A stretch of 64,000 nucleotides of DNA from a virus. The position numbers and the translations under genes are program-made. Positions 63,768-64,000 of the stretch are shown here, in pieces. The DNA lies in IMG/VR virus record IMGVR_UViG_3300045988_162176, positions 96,001-160,000 of that record; one strand, written 5' to 3'. Under the pieces are notes generated by a model. It was not told where the DNA came from. It worked only from the letters and a program-made list of their open reading frames with translations, and searched no databases. Position 1 is the first letter of the stretch. Each line of letters opens with the position of its first letter.

Positions 63768-64000
63768 TTAATCCTTTTCCTTCTTTATTGGAAATTTACT
63801 TTTATTTTTAGGCTGTGATGGGTCATAACCTAAAATCGAATAATCTATTTCTTCTCCATTTTCGAGAAGATTTTTCAGCTATATTAAATCTGTCTAGGAC
63901 AAATCTCGCATCGGAATTATTTTGTAGCGATTTTGGAAAATACGATAATCTGAAAAAACAGAGGGATTATATTTTTCCCGCATTACTTTCTTCGCTAATT
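63768..64000 (-). CDS. 3' end of a structural gene entering from the right edge
   Basis: Open minus-strand frame ..MREKYNPSVFSDYRIFQNRYKIIPMRDLS[TAG]TDLI[TAG]LKNLLENGEEIDYSILGYDPSQPKNKSKFPIKKEKD, ending at TAA 63768-63770. Confidence 0.4.

Noticed and set aside
1-64000. TGA (or TAA) recoding as an alternative or additional reassignment.
   Set aside because: TGA and TAA coincide with conserved protein C-termini and with ATGA/TAATG coupling junctions. Examples are PARP at 1337, nifS at 5423, SSB at 36951 and ligA at 11246. I found no conserved domain that continues across either codon.
1-64000. Suppressor tRNA(CUA), other tRNAs, rRNA genes and CRISPR arrays.
   Set aside because: All intergenic gaps longer than about 70 nt (for example 2585-2686, 7835-7899, 14127-14261, 35803-35874, 38114-38238 and 46578-46713) were read. 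They contain promoters or hairpins but no cloverleaf-like sequence (no GTTCRANYC T-arm context) and no repeat-spacer periodicity. The suppressor, if phage-encoded, must lie outside this window.

Overview
The window is an AT-rich segment of a tailed-phage genome, and every credible gene lies on the minus strand (transcription runs right to left). Coordinates 1-38200 hold an early replication and nucleotide-metabolism region. It encodes a Pol III alpha subunit, a DnaB-like helicase, a primase, RecJ-like, RecD-like and UvrD-like enzymes, SSB, LigA, NrdDGH, dUTPase, a ThyX-like protein, an RNA ligase with Pnkp, NifS, and ADP-ribose enzymes. Coordinates 38200-64000 hold a tail/baseplate module dominated by one giant tape-measure-like gene. 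The main observation is that TAG is not a stop codon here. More than 90 in-frame TAG codons interrupt otherwise continuous, conserved reading frames, whereas every well-supported gene end uses TAA or TGA. Once TAG is read as sense (by precedent Gln, a table-15-like code), the short ORF fragments between 40.8 and 62.3 kb fuse into a few large structural genes. One of these is an ORF of about 4,680 codons. TAG is rare in early genes and dense in tail genes. At least five group-I-like introns interrupt essential genes: two in dnaE (one carrying a GIY-YIG endonuclease), one in the helicase P-loop, and two in the tape-measure gene (one carrying a Zn-ribbon/PD-(D/E)XK-like endonuclease). Unusual cargo includes a eukaryote-like WGR-PARP next to a TARG1-like macrodomain, a NADAR protein, a complete UppS inside the tail module, a cysteine desulfurase, and an RNA-repair pair. 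Eight near-consensus TTGACA-N17/18-TATAAT promoters and AGGAGG-type RBSs point to a sigma-A/sigma-70-type, probably Gram-positive anaerobic, host. I found no tRNA (including no suppressor tRNA), rRNA, CRISPR array, integrase, capsid, terminase or lysin gene in this window. All coordinates were worked out by eye. Splice junctions and some start codons are approximate.
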